A stretch of 64,000 bases of DNA from the NCBI GenBank assembly GCA_963663025.1, contig OY760073.1:1833354-1897353 (forward strand). Direction: 5' to 3'. Source of the stretch: Dehalococcoidia bacterium (GTDB lineage Bacteria > Chloroflexota > Dehalococcoidia > Lucifugimonadales > JAGWBF01). Below, piece by piece: positions 28,101 to 38,300 of the stretch; the stretch's first letter is position 1, and every line of letters starts with the position of its first letter. The notes beneath the pieces are model-generated. The model saw nothing but the letters and a program-made list of their open reading frames with translations. It did no database searches and was not told the DNA's origin. The translations under genes were made by a program, and so were the position numbers.

Positions 28101-31100
28101 GGACGCCGCTGTCACCGTTACCGTTACGCTGTAGGTCGTCTTGGTTTCGTAGTCCAGGTTCGTTCCCGACTTCACGCTTATCTGCCCGGTGCTGCTGCTT
28201 ATCTCAAACTTTCCGGCATCCGTTCCGCTCAGGGCATGGGTCAAGGTGTAGTTGTTGGTGTTGGCTGTGACCGTCACCGCCGCGCCGACGTTGGTGCTGG
28301 CCGCCGAGTTCTCTGCGATGCTGCGGGTTATGGCGGTTGAGCTGGCGGCGACCGTTATCCCAGTGCCGGTGGGAGACCAGGGGCTGTCGCCCTCATCGTT
28401 GGTGGCCAACACCTGCACATCGTAGCTCTTGCCCTTGGTCAAGCCCGTCAAAGTCGTGCTGGTGGTGGCGCCGGTGAAAGAGGCATCGGTCCAATCGCCC
28501 GTCCCGGTGAGCCTGTACTGCACATCATAGTCGGTGATGGCCGGCTTGCCGGTCATGTCCGGCGCACTCCAGGACACATCCAGCTTGGTGGACGGCGCGG
28601 AGGAATTGACCGTAACCGTCGGCGCAGCCATCCTGGAAGGAGGCTCGCTCACGTCGGTGACGTTGATGGTCACCGTGGACGTGTCGTCGATGGTGTTGTC
28701 CGTTCCCTCCTGGGCATTCTTCCCGTCGGTTACGTTCACCGTCACGCTGTAGGAGGTCTTGGCTTCGTAGTTGGGGATGTTCCCCGTCTTTACCTTTATC
28801 TGGCCGTCACCGCTCCCGATGGTGAACTTGCTGGCGTCGGTCCCGGTCAGCGAGTAGGTCAGGGTGTCTTTGTCGGCGTCGGTGGCGGATACGGCGGCGC
28901 CGATGTTGGTCCCCGCCGCCGAGTTCTCGTCGATGCTCCGGGTGGCAGTGGCCGGGATCACCGGGGCAGCGTTCTCCTTGGTCTTCTTCGACCCGGAAGC
29001 CGACCAACCGCTGTTGCCCTCGTCGTTGATGGCTTTCACCTGCACATCGTAGGTGGTACCCGCCGTCAGACCGGTCAAGGTCGTGCTGGTTCCCGTTCCG
29101 GTGAAGCTGTGGGAAGTCCAGGTGGAGTCGCCGCTCTTCTTGTACTGCACATCGTAGTCGCTGACGGCCGGCTTGCCCGTCATCGTTGGCGCGGTCCACG
29201 AAATTTCCAGCTTGTACTTGGGATCGGTAGCATGGGCCTCTACCGTCGGCGCGGAGATGGTGGGCGGCTCGTTCACGTCGGTTACGTTGATGGTTACCGG
29301 GATGGTGTAGCTGCCCGGCGCGTTGGGGTCCAGGGACTGGGCGTTGGCGCCCCCTCCTGCCGCGGCCACCGTTACGGTCACCGTTACGCTGTACGAAGTC
29401 TTGCTCTCGTAGTCCGGGATGTTGCCCGTCTTTACCTTTATCTGGCCCGTGGTCGAGCCGATCTCGAACTTGCTGGCATCCGTCCCGCTCAGGCTGTGGG
29501 TGTAGGTGTAGCTGCTGTTGGCCTTTGCCGTAACCGCCGCGCCGATGTTGGTGCCGGCGGCTGAGTTCTCGGCGATGGAGCGGGTTACGCCCCCGGCCGT
29601 GGTTATGGCTGTGCCGCTGTCGGACCAAGCCCCGTTGCCCTCGGCGTTGACAGCCCGCACCTGCACCTCGTAGGTCTTGCCCGAGGTCAGACCGGTCAGA
29701 GTGGCGCTGGTCCCCGTTCCGGTGAAGGATGCGTCGGTCCAGGAGGAGTCACCGGAGAGCCGATACTGCACGTCGTAGTCGCTGACGGCCGGCTTGCCGC
29801 TCATCTGAGTGGTCGTCGGCGCGGTCCAGGAAGCGTCGATCTTGCTCGTCGGCGTCGTGGTGTTGGCCGCCACCGTCGGCGTACCCAGCTTGGGCGGAGG
29901 CTCGTTCACGTCGGTTACGTTGATGGTCACCGGGATCACGTAGTCGCCCGGCGCGTTGGGGTCCACCGACTGCGCGTTGGCGCCCTGCGTCTTTGCGGCC
30001 GCCGTGACCGTCACGGTTACGCTGTAGGAAGTTTTGGCTTCGTAGTCCGGGATGTTCCCCGTCTTCACCGTTATCTGCCCCGTCGAGGAGCCTATCTCGA
30101 ACTTGCTGGCATCCGTTCCGCTCAGGGCGTGGGTGTAGGTGTAGGCGGTGTTGGTAGCCTTGGCCGTTACCGCCGCTCCCACGTTGCTTCCCGCCGCCGA
30201 GTTCTCGGCGATGGAACGGGTAACCGAGCTGGAGGTGGTGATGGCGTTGCCCGTGTCGGACCATGCCCCGTTGCCCTCGGCGTTGGTGGCCCGCACCTGA
30301 ACGTCGTACTTCTTGCCCGAGGTCAGACCGGTCAGACTGGTGCTGGTCCCCGTTCCGGTGAAGCTGTGGCTGCTCCATGTCGATTCCCCGGTCTGGCGGT
30401 ACTGCACATCGTAGTCGCTGATGGCCGGCTTGCCCGTCATGGTCGGCGCAGTCCACGACACATCCAGCTTGGTGGTCGGCGTCGTGCTGTTGGCCGCCAC
30501 TGTCGGCGCAGCCATCTTGGGTGGCGGCTCGCTCACGTCGGTCACGATGATGAGGGCGCTGTAGGTTACGTCGAGGATGTTCCTCTGGAGGTTGTTCTCC
30601 ACGGCCCGGAGGGTGAGGCTGTAGCTGGTCTTGCTCTCGAAGTCCGGGACGTTGCCCGTCTTGACCTGTATCTGGGCGGACTGGGCTGTCTTGTAGCCGG
30701 TGTCCGTGCTGAGCTTGAACTTGGAGCCGTCGGTCCCGCCCAGGGTGAACTGCAGCGGGTAGTAGTCGGTGGCGTTGACGTTGAACTTCCCGCCCACGTT
30801 GCCGTTGACCGCCGTGTTCTCCGCCAGGTACAGGATGAGCGACGACCCGGACCAGTGGCCGGGCCCTTCGTCGGCGATCTGGGAGCGCACCTGCACCTCG
30901 TACTCCTTGCCGGCGGTCAGGCCGGTGATGGTCGTGCTGGTGGCCAGGCTGTTGGTGGTGTCGGGCATCTCCGTCCAGGAGCTGGTGCCCCACTCCCGGT
31001 ACCGCACATCGTAGTCGTTCAGCGTGGTGCCTGTCATCGGCGTCGGCGCGGTCCACGATACGTCCAGGGCCGTCGTGGGGTTGGTGGAGTTCTGGGCCAG

Positions 31101-32933
31101 CGTCGGCCTGTCCACGTTGGGCGCGCGGACGTCGTTCACGTTGATCTGGATGTTGCCCCCCACACTCGTGTTCTCGACGGTGTACCGGAAGTTCCCGCTG
31201 TACGAGGTCTTCGTCTCGTAGTCCAGCGTCGTCCCGTCCTTGACCGTGATCTGGCCCGTGCTGGAGTCGATGTCGAAGTAGGTGGCAACGTCGCCGCCGA
31301 GGGAGTAACTGCTGCCGTCACCGGTGTTCGCCCCACCCACGCTCCCCACCACGGTGTCCTTGGGCTTGTTCTCCTGGACGCTCTTGGTCTCCTTGCAGTC
31401 GAAATGCTTCACCTCCAGGGAAATCGAGTCGTGAAGTCCGTCGGGGTCCGTCGCCGTGTAGTGGAAGGAGTACCAGTTCAGGGGCGGATGCCTGAGGCTC
31501 GCCACGGCGTAGCCGTTGGAATTGATGGTGGTGCTGACGACCTTGGACGAACCCGCCGTGTAGGTCAGCGTGTCGTCTTCCGGGTCGTAGAAGTGCTTGG
31601 TGTGGCCGCTGCTGGGGACATAGGTGACGGAGCCGCTGTAGCAGTGGCCGTATTTCGACCAGAACTGCCCGAGAAGCTGGGAGCCGCTGCTCTTGATGCT
31701 GGCGTAGGGCGCGTGGTTGCCCGACGTGTCCGACGCCCGGATGTGGATGATCACGGACGGGGTGCTCTTGTTGGAGGCGTAGGCTTGGTAACAGGCTGCC
31801 TTGGTGGGGAACCACTTGGTGGGTGTGCCGCTCAGGGTGCGGGTGGAAGCGTTCCAGGAAATCCCGGGGGGCAGCTGCGCCCCCTTGCTGCCGCATCCCT
31901 GCGAGAGCTTGTAGGTGATGTTGGGGTCGCCGGTGGCCGCCGGCAGCGTTACGTTGACGGCAACGCCCTGCGTCCACTCCAGCAGGGTGGGCGGTGCGGT
32001 GACCCAGGATAGGCCCGCCTGGATCTGTCCGCCCTGCGCGCTGACCAGGCCCTCCTCCTGCCCGCCGTTCCGTTGCTGTTGCTGGGACGGCTCCGGCGTG
32101 GGCGTAGGAGTCGAGGTCGGTTCAGGGGTGGGCTCCTGCGTTGGTTCCGGCGTAGGCTCAGGAGTCGGCTCCTCAGTAGGTTCGGGAGTGGGCGTCGGCG
32201 TGGGGTCGGGCGCCGGCGTGAATGGACCCGAAGCCGATGAGTTGGTCCAGGCGCTGTCGCCGCTGCTGTTGCGGGCGCGCACGCCTACGACGTAGGTCTT
32301 GGCGTTGTCCGCGCTGATGTCAATGCTGGCGGATGGGTGGTCCAGGGCCGCCAGGTCCCAGCTTGCGCCGTCGTCGGAGCTGTAGGTTACGTGGTAGCTG
32401 GTTGCGCCGGAGACGGCATCCCACGACGCCGTGATCGAGCCGTCGGACCGGGCCACGGAGACTGAGGCGACGGGGCCGGGCGCAGGATCGGGCGTGAAAG
32501 GCCCGGCGGGCGGGGAGTTCTTCCAGGCGCCCCAGCCCTGGTCGTTGCCGGCGCGCACACCGACGATGTAGGTCTTGGCGTTATCGACGCTGAAGGTGAG
32601 GCTGTTGGTTGGAACGTTCCGGTGATCATCCACCGGAGCGTGCCAGCTTGCGCCGTCGTCGTCGCTGTAGGTTACGTGGTACTTGGTCGCGCCTTCGATG
32701 GCATCCCAGCTTGCCGTCAGGGCGCCGTCGGACCGGGCCACCGACACCGAGGACGGCGTGGCAAGGGTCGAGGCCTCTCCCTTGCCGCCCTGGGACGGGG
32801 TCAGGGTGGCGGCCATGGAGCTGAAGAGGAGGCAGAACACCAGGAAAAGGTGCATGGCCAAGCGGACGGGAGCATCGGGGAGCTTGGCCAGATTCATCAG
32901 CTTGGCGTTCAAGGGATTATCGGCTGCCTGCAA
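25176..32933 (-). CDS. Giant cell-surface protein 1 (2585 aa) with alternating cadherin-like and fibronectin type III modules, a PT-rich stalk and a C-terminal TM anchor
   Basis: TTG start with GAGGAGGAG SD (32938-32946). Signal peptide present. FN3 blocks (...[17 protein letters not shown]...Y.VQVRA.N.EG.G.WS). Cadherin-like blocks ([10 protein letters not shown](V/I)GAAV...[10 protein letters not shown]...[10 protein letters not shown]). The tail is ...[32 protein letters not shown]. Confidence 0.9.
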   Translation of the reverse strand: MQAADNPLNAKLMNLAKLPDAPVRLAMHLFLVFCLLFSSMAATLTPSQGGKGEASTLATPSSVSVARSDGALTASWDAIEGATKYHVTYSDDDGASWHAPVDDHRNVPTNSLTFSVDNAKTYIVGVRAGNDQGWGAWKNSPPAGPFTPDPAPGPVASVSVARSDGSITASWDAVSGATSYHVTYSSDDGASWDLAALDHPSASIDISADNAKTYVVGVRARNSSGDSAWTNSSASGPFTPAPDPTPTPTPEPTEEPTPEPTPEPTQEPTPEPTSTPTPTPEPSQQQQRNGGQEEGLVSAQGGQIQAGLSWVTAPPTLLEWTQGVAVNVTLPAATGDPNITYKLSQGCGSKGAQLPPGISWNASTRTLSGTPTKWFPTKAACYQAYASNKSTPSVIIHIRASDTSGNHAPYASIKSSGSQLLGQFWSKYGHCYSGSVTYVPSSGHTKHFYDPEDDTLTYTAGSSKVVSTTINSNGYAVASLRHPPLNWYSFHYTATDPDGLHDSISLEVKHFDCKETKSVQENKPKDTVVGSVGGANTGDGSSYSLGGDVATYFDIDSSTGQITVKDGTTLDYETKTSYSGNFRYTVENTSVGGNIQINVNDVRAPNVDRPTLAQNSTNPTTALDVSWTAPTPMTGTTLNDYDVRYREWGTSSWTEMPDTTNSLATSTTITGLTAGKEYEVQVRSQIADEGPGHWSGSSLILYLAENTAVNGNVGGKFNVNATDYYPLQFTLGGTDGSKFKLSTDTGYKTAQSAQIQVKTGNVPDFESKTSYSLTLRAVENNLQRNILDVTYSALIIVTDVSEPPPKMAAPTVAANSTTPTTKLDVSWTAPTMTGKPAISDYDVQYRQTGESTWSSHSFTGTGTSTSLTGLTSGKKYDVQVRATNAEGNGAWSDTGNAITTSSSVTRSIAENSAAGSNVGAAVTAKATNTAYTYTHALSGTDASKFEIGSSTGQITVKTGNIPDYEAKTSYSVTVTVTAAAKTQGANAQSVDPNAPGDYVIPVTINVTDVNEPPPKLGTPTVAANTTTPTSKIDASWTAPTTTQMSGKPAVSDYDVQYRLSGDSSWTDASFTGTGTSATLTGLTSGKTYEVQVRAVNAEGNGAWSDSGTAITTAGGVTRSIAENSAAGTNIGAAVTAKANSSYTYTHSLSGTDASKFEIGSTTGQIKVKTGNIPDYESKTSYSVTVTVTVAAAGGGANAQSLDPNAPGSYTIPVTINVTDVNEPPTISAPTVEAHATDPKYKLEISWTAPTMTGKPAVSDYDVQYKKSGDSTWTSHSFTGTGTSTTLTGLTAGTTYDVQVKAINDEGNSGWSASGSKKTKENAAPVIPATATRSIDENSAAGTNIGAAVSATDADKDTLTYSLTGTDASKFTIGSGDGQIKVKTGNIPNYEAKTSYSVTVNVTDGKNAQEGTDNTIDDTSTVTINVTDVSEPPSRMAAPTVTVNSSAPSTKLDVSWSAPDMTGKPAITDYDVQYRLTGTGDWTDASFTGATTSTTLTGLTKGKSYDVQVLATNDEGDSPWSPTGTGITVAASSTAITRSIAENSAASTNVGAAVTVTANTNNYTLTHALSGTDAGKFEISSSTGQISVKSGTNLDYETKTTYSVTVTVTAASAGANAQSFTLDPNAPGDYIIPVTINVTDVNEPPTISTPTVTPNSTTPKTKLDVSWTAPTMTGKPAVSDYDLQYRVAHSSNWTSHSFTGTGTSTTISGLTENEHYEVQVKAKNDEGDSGWSNAGHATTNADSVTLNIDENSAANAEVGTVTKTIDSSYTKTHTLDGTDKGKFEIASSTGKITVKSGTTLDFEATDHYDVEVEIAATKQGSTTLNYEIVVIIQVDDVAEPPPAPSISVSLNTTTPTSKIDVSWTAPDMTGKPALSDYDVQYRQHGASNWSSHSFTGTGTSTTLTGLTSGKSYEVQVRGVNNEGNGAWSASGTAITKAGGVSRDVDENSAAGANVGAPVTATSNPNSYTLTHSLSGTDASTFTIESSSGQIKVKTGDSLDYEAKKAYSVIVTVKAAQAGANAQSFSLVPNNPGDYVIPVTINVTDVDEAPDKPDAPKVTASGDSDNTTLKVSWTAPDMTGKPAITDYDVRYQKEGASTWTDASFTGTGTSTTITGQVGGVNYNVQVQATNDEGDSPWSDSGSLDNVDPKLPASPSRSIAENSTGGSNVGAAVAATDPDSSTLYYTITGTDAASFDIDGSTGQISLATDTSPDYEAKTSYSIKVSVSDKLDSEGNADTEIDHTVAMTINVTDVKEPLGKPGKPTAKKNTTTSITATWTAPDDTGKPPVKRYWVRFWEQGSSYTNTWTVTINEALLDEVPIAGNPSAPMKPGTAYKVEVMAENDEGYGAWSTLATLYTVAVFSDPVPPPTPTPTPSPTPAPTPTPTPVPTATPTPAPGPSNIPAAPVPTPEPTPAPTPAPTPAPTPVPTPAPTPAPTPAPTPAPTPAPTPVPTATPAPTPVYMPAAAPTPTPTPTATPAPTPTATPAPEPTPTPTPTPVAGVQIANPSAPERQETQFEVGQPDLYLPVRESAEVDISEPTPVPVLVAERDFAPSQMSLWWWVLLLGLLPLFSFLVVLWRRRKRQGLYRA

Positions 32934-33030
32934 CTGTCTCCTCCTCTATCGGGGCCTCTGCCCAACCCTCACTACAGGACATGACGCTGTATTGGGAGGG
33001 GCAATGTTCAAGAGCGTAACTACGGCTGCT

Positions 33031-34888
33031 CGTTCGCCCCTCGAGTCCCCTCAGGACGAACGGGGAACCTGGAAATCGAAGGATGAACGGGGAACCTGGG
33101 ACTGGAAGGGCGTGGGTATGACGAATGGCCGCCCCGTCATTGCGGCGAAGGCCGCAATCCAGAAAAGTCTGGGACTGGGGCAGGTTTCCTACTTTGATGC
33201 TTGCTGTGATGTTGGAGCCGGACTGGAACCCGGCAACGCTCCGTCCTGGATTGCGGCCTTCGCCGCAATGACGAAAGGCGTTGCACTCCGTTCGTCCTGA
33301 GGGGACTCGAAGGATGAACGGAGAACCCGGGACTGGAACAGCCTGGGTATGACAAAGGGCCGCCCCGTCATTGCGGCGAAGGCCGCAATCCAGGAAAGTC
33401 TGGGACTGGGGCAGGGTCCCTACTGGAATGCCTACCGTGATGTTGGAGCCGGTCTGGAACCCGGCAGCGCTCCGTCCTGGATTGCGGCCTTCGCCGCAAT
33501 GACGAAAGGCGTTGCTGCCCGTTCGCCCTTCGAGTCCCCTCAGGGCGAACGGAGAGCCTGGGACTCGAGGGATGAACGGAGAACCTGGGACTGGAACAGC
33601 TTGGGTATGGCGAAGGGCCGCCCCGTCATTGCGGCGAAGGCCGCAATCCAGAAAAGTCCGGGACTGGGGCAGGCTTCTTACTGTAGTGTCTACCGTGATG
33701 CTGGAGCCGGACTGGAACCCTGCAGCGCTCCGTCCTGGATTGCGGCCTTCGCCGCAATGACGAAAGGCGTTGCTGCCCGTTCGCCCTTCGAGTCCCCTCA
33801 GGACGAACGGAGAGCCTGGGACTCGAGGGATGAACGGAGAGCCTGGGACTGGAACAGCGTGGGTGTGGCGAAGGGCCGCCCCGTCATTGCGGCGTAGGCC
33901 GCAATCCAGGAAAGTCTGGGACTGGGGCAGGCTTCTTACTGTAGTGTCTACCGTGATGTTTGAGCCGGACTGGAACTCGGCAGCGCTCCGTCCTGGATTG
34001 CGGCCTACGCCGCAATGACGAAAGGCGTTGCACTCCGTTCGTCCTGAGGGGACTCGAAGGATGAACGTACAATCGTGGACTGGAACAGCCCGCGCATGAC
34101 GAAGGGCGTTGTTCTCCGTTCGTCCTGAGGGGACTCGAAGGATGAACGGAGAACCCGGGGCTGGAACAGCCTGGGTATGACAAAGGGCCGCCCCGTCATT
34201 GCGGCGTAGGCCGCAATCCAGAAAAGTCCGGGACTGGGGCAGGTTCCCTACTGCAATGCCTACTGTGATGTTGGAGCCGGACTGGAACCCGGCAGCGCTC
34301 CGTCCTAGATTGCGGCCTTCGCCGCAATGACGAAAGGCGTTGTTCTCCGTTCGCCCTTCGAGTCCCCTCAGGACGAACGGAGAACCAGGAACTCGAAGGA
34401 TGAACGGGGAACTCGGGACTCGAAGGATGAACGGGGAACTCGGGACTCGAAGGATGAACGGGGAACCTGGGACTGGAAGGGCGTGGGTATGACGAAGGGC
34501 CGCCCCGTCATTGCGGCGTAGGCCGCAATCCAGGAAAGTCTGGGACTGGGGCAGGTCCCCTACTGTAATGCCTGCTGTGATGCTGGAGCCGGAGTGGAAC
34601 CCGGCAGCGCTCCGTCCTAGATTGCGGCGTAGGCCGCAATGACGAAAGACGTTGTTCTCCGTTCGTCCTGAGGGGACTCGAAGGATGAACGGGGAACCAG
34701 GGGCTGGAACAGCGTGGGTATGGCGAAGGGCTGCCCCGTCATTGCGGCCTTCGCCGCAATCCAGAAAAGTCCGGGACTGGGGCAGGCTTCTTACTGTAGT
34801 GTCTACCGTGATGCTGGAGCCGGACTGGAACCCGGCAGCGCTCCGTCCTAGATTGCGGCCTTCGCCGCAATGACGAAGGGCGAACGGC
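33031..34888. repeat. REP array 1: seven composite units, each a type-A 140-bp inverted-repeat element plus type-B hairpins with 27-bp subrepeats
   Basis: GTCATTGCGGCG anchors at 33136, 33367, 33625, 33883, 34195, 34507 and 34738. Unit lengths are 231/258/258/312/312/231. Confidence 0.9.
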
Positions 34889-34930
34889 ATAGGGATCAGG
34901 GGGTTGGGGTTATGCAAGGGTCTCCGTAGC

Positions 34931-34948
34931 GGGGGGGGGGGGGGGGGG
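34931..34948 (-). repeat. Homopolymer tract: G18 on the plus strand, C18 on the adhesin strand
   Basis: Counted directly in the sequence. The paralogous position in locus 2 carries 23 nt. Confidence 0.9.
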
Positions 34949-35100
34949 TAGTTGCGGCTGCGGGGGCGCAGCCCACGCGGGCCGGGGTGGTCGTTCCTTC
35001 TGCTGTCCTGTTCGTCAGGTTCAATGCGTTGGCCTCCACCAGCGATGAACTTATGACTTGTCAAACCCACAGGTCGGGATACGCCTTGATTGCGTCATAC

Positions 35101-35128
35101 TATATATGCGGTAAAAAATAATTGTCAA
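35101..35128 (-). promoter_or_regulatory. Second promoter-like element P2 (TTGACA-16-TATATA), present in locus 1 only
   Basis: On the minus strand, -35 is at 35128-35123 and -10 at 35106-35101. It is not conserved in locus 2. Confidence 0.35.
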
Positions 35129-35146
35129 GTACAATGGATGTTGAAT

Positions 35147-35176
35147 ATATTAGATGCACGATAGATTGTTTGTCAA
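35147..35176 (-). promoter_or_regulatory. Conserved sigma-70-like promoter P1 of adhesin locus 1 (TTGACA-18-TAATAT)
   Basis: On the minus strand, -35 is at 35176-35171 and -10 at 35152-35147. The same hexamers and spacing occur in locus 2. The palindrome ATTGACAAACAAT overlaps the -35. Confidence 0.5.
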
Positions 35177-35250
35177 TAGCAGAATTGGGGGACGCAAGCA
35201 AGCGTATCCCCCTTGCGGCCCGGCTTTATCGATCGGGAGACATTAGAGGG

Positions 35251-35283
35251 ATGGCGCGCCGGAGGACCAGCCGGCTGACCTGT
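35251..35283 (+). pseudogene. 5' fragment of a marR paralog, a scar of the segmental duplication
   Basis: ATGGCGCGCCGGAGGACCAGCCGGCTGACCTG matches the first codons of marR at 44676, with a 30-nt internal deletion between the GCCGGAG/GGCGGAG repeats. The upstream GATCGGGAGA...GAGGG is also conserved. Confidence 0.6.
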
Positions 35284-35373
35284 ATCCCTGGGCAGCCGGC
35301 CCGGTCAACTGACCTGTAAGAGAATGGCGGGCAAGGCGCTGCCGTAGGGCATCGCCTTACCCGCAGGCCGGTC

Positions 35374-38300
35374 TTATGCCTGGTACAGGCGTTGCCCCTT
35401 CCGGCGACGCCACAGGATGGCCAGGAAACCGAACAGCGGCAGCAGCCCCAGCAGCGCCACCCACCACCACAGAGACATCTGCGACGGCGCGGGATCCCTC
35501 TCTACCACAAGATCACGGACCGGAGCAGGCTCAGGGATGTCAACCTCCGCTCCACCCAGCCCATCACTGTCATCATCGGCCGCTTCCCGGACCGGCAGGT
35601 TAAGGTCGGGCTGCCCCACCTCGAACTGGGACTCCTGCCTCTGGGGCGCGCTTGGATTGGCTATCACCTGTCCCGCCACGGGCGTCGGCGTGGGCGTAGG
35701 TGTGGGCGTAGGTGTGGGATCAGGCGTAGGTATGGATGTCGGGGCCGGCGTTGCCGTCGGCACAGGTGTAGGGGCGGGCGTAGGCGCCGGCGTAGGTACT
35801 GCCGTCGGGGCCGGCGTGGGCGCTGCCGTCGGTACAGGCGTCGGGGCAGGCGTAGGAGCAGGTGTTGGCGCCGGTGTCGGCGCGGGCGTAGGCGCAGGTG
35901 TGGGAACGGGCGCAGCAGGTATGTAGCTGTGACCGGGGGCCGGCACAGGCGTGGGTGTCGGAGTCGGCGACGGTGTGGGGGTGGGGGTCGGAGTGGGAGC
36001 AGGCGTCGGAGACGGTGTAGGCGTAGGAGTAGGAGTGGGCGTAGGCGTCGGCACAGGGTCGCTGAACACTGCCACCGTGTACAGCGTAGCCAGCGTTGAC
36101 CATGCGCCGTACCCCTCATCGTTCTCAGCCATCACCTCCACCTGGTAGGCCGCGCCCGGCTTCATGGGCACGCTGGAGTTGCCGCCCGTGGGCACCTCGT
36201 CCAGGAGCGCCTCGTTGATGGTGACCGTCCAGGTGTTGGTGTAGCTGCTACCCTGCTCCCAGAACCGCACCCAGTAACGCTTGACCGGAGGCTTGCCCGT
36301 GTCATCCGGGGCAGTCCAGGTGGCGGTGATGCTCGTTGTGGTGTTCTTCTTGGCCGTCGGCTTCCCAGGCTTGCCCAGGGGCTCCTTCACGTCGGTTACG
36401 TTGATGGCCACCGCCACGGTGTGGTCGATCTCGGTGTCAGCGGCGCCCTCCGAGTCCAGCTTGTCGCTGACGTTCACCGTGACGCTGTAGCTGGTCTTGG
36501 CCTCGTAGTCCGGGCTGGCGTCGTCGGCCAGCGTTATCTGCCCGGTCGAGCCGTCTATATCGAAGGACGCAGCGTCAGTCCCCGTCAGGCTGTACTCCAG
36601 GGTATCCCCGTCCGGGTCGGTGGTTGTTACCGGGGTCCCCACGTCGGTTCCGCCTGTAGAGTTCTCGGCGATGCTGAAGGTGGGGCTGGACGGCAGCCTC
36701 GGGTCCACGTTGTCCAGGCTGCCGCTGTCCGACCAGGAGCTGTCGCCTTCATGGTTCCTGGCCAGCACCTGCACATCGTAGTTGACGCCTCCCACCTGGC
36801 CGGTGACGCTCGTCGAGGTCCCCGCACCCGTGAAGGAGTGGGAGGTCCAGGTGGAATCGCCGCTCTTCTTGTATTGAACATCGTAGTCGGTGATGGCCGG
36901 CTTGCCCGTCATGTCCGGGGCTGTCCAGGACACGTTCAGCGTGGTGTTGTCCGAGTCGCCCGAGGATGTCACCTTCGGCGCATCGGGCTTGTCCGGCGGC
37001 TCGTCCAGGTCGTTCACGTTGATGTTGACGAAGGCCGAGGCGTCTATCCCGGTGTCGGCGTTGCCGTCCTCGTCCTTGCCGTCGCTGACCTGCACCGTGA
37101 CCAGGTAGTTGGTCTTGGTTTCGTAGTCCAGGGTTGTGCCGCTCCCGACGGTTATCTGTCCGGTGGAGGAGTCTATGTCGAACTTGTCCGCATCCGTCCC
37201 GATCATGGAGTAAGTCAGCGTGTCGCCGTCGGGGTCGGTGGCGGTCACCGGGGCGCCCACCTTGTCGCCCGTGGAGGAGTTCTCGTCGATCTCCCGTACC
37301 ACTCCGAAGAGGCCGATGTCCTTGAACTTCGCCTTCTCATTCACGTCGGTAACGTTGATGGTCACCGGGATGACGTAGTCGCCCGGGTTGTTGGGAACAA
37401 GGCTGAAGCTCTGGGCGTTGGCCCCGGCCTGGGCCGCCTTCACCGTCACGATGACGCTGTAGGAAGTCTTGGTCTCGTAGTCCAGGTCCGTGCCGTTCTT
37501 GACCGTTATCTGGCCGGAGCTGCTGGCGATCTCGAACTTGGAAGCGTCGGTCCCGCTCAGGCTGTGGCTGAAGGTGTAATTGTTGGGGTTGGAGGTGGCG
37601 GTCACCGGAGCGCCCACGTTGGCCCCCGCCGCCGAGTTCTCGTCAACATCCCGGCTCACGCCCCCGGCCTTCGTTATGGCTGTGCCGGAGTCCGACCAAG
37701 CCCCGTTGCCCTCGTTGTTGACCCCCCGCACCTGCACCTCGTAGCTCTTGCCCGAGGTCAGACCGGTCAGAGTCGTCGAGGTCCCCGTGCCAGTGAAGCT
37801 GTGGCTGCTCCAGTTGCTTGCCCCGTGCTGGCGGTACTGCACATCGTAGTCGCTCAGGGCAGGCTTCCCCGTCATGTCCGGGGCTGTCCAGGAAACGTCT
37901 ATCACGCTGGTGGGCGTGGCCGTGTTGAGCGAGACGCTTATGGACGGCGCGGCCGGCGGCTCGTTCACATCGGTTACGTTGATGGTGACCGTGATGGTGT
38001 CGTCGATCTTGGTGTCCGCGTTGTCGTCGGTGTCCTTCCGGTCGCTGACCTCCACGACCACGCTGTAGGAGGTCTTGGCTTCGTAGTTGGGGATGTTGCC
38101 GGCCTTGACGCTTATCTGTCCGGTGTTCAGGCCGACGTTGAACTTGGCGCCGTCGGTCCCCGACAGGGTGTAGTACAGCGTGTGCCCCTCGGTGTCGCTG
38201 GCTGTCACCGCCGCGCCCACGTTGGTCCCCGCCGCCGAGTTCTCGGCGATGCTGCGGGTAGCCGTGGTGTCCGGGAACTCGGCGTGCACGTTCTTGTCCT

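Noticed and set aside
27024-32012. Plus-strand ORFs of 400-630 aa inside the giant genes (27024..28340, 30129..32012, 36421..38325, 38431..39636)
   Set aside because: They are antisense to the FN3/cadherin coding frame and repeat with the same period as the sense modules. No motifs are present.
33031-34888. The repeat arrays (also 42666-44299 and 47310-48712) interpreted as CRISPR arrays
   Set aside because: The period is 231-395 bp rather than about 60-75 bp. The variable central segments are diverged copies of one sequence, not unique spacers. The units are composites of palindromic REPs found dispersed elsewhere. No cas genes are present.
34931-34948. The poly-G runs interpreted as sequencing (two-colour chemistry) or assembly artefacts
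   Set aside because: This cannot be excluded without reads. Both runs sit at homologous positions flanked on both sides by homologous unique sequence, which argues that they are real. The exact lengths (18 and 23) remain uncertain.
32917-35070. The 717-aa ORF, and the 591-aa ORF 42554..44329, annotated as ordinary protein-coding genes
   Set aside because: They are not accepted as conventional CDS features. The sequence is a concatenation of palindromic REP modules read in both orientations. Their composition is R/G/P/S-rich with no domain, signal or good SD. The frame-preservation evidence is reported as a finding rather than as a gene call.
35122-35319. A 65-aa ORF in the AT-rich region between the two adhesin units
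   Set aside because: It spans the promoter block and the truncated marR fragment, and its C-terminal part is the out-of-context remnant MARRRTSRL. It is not an independent gene.
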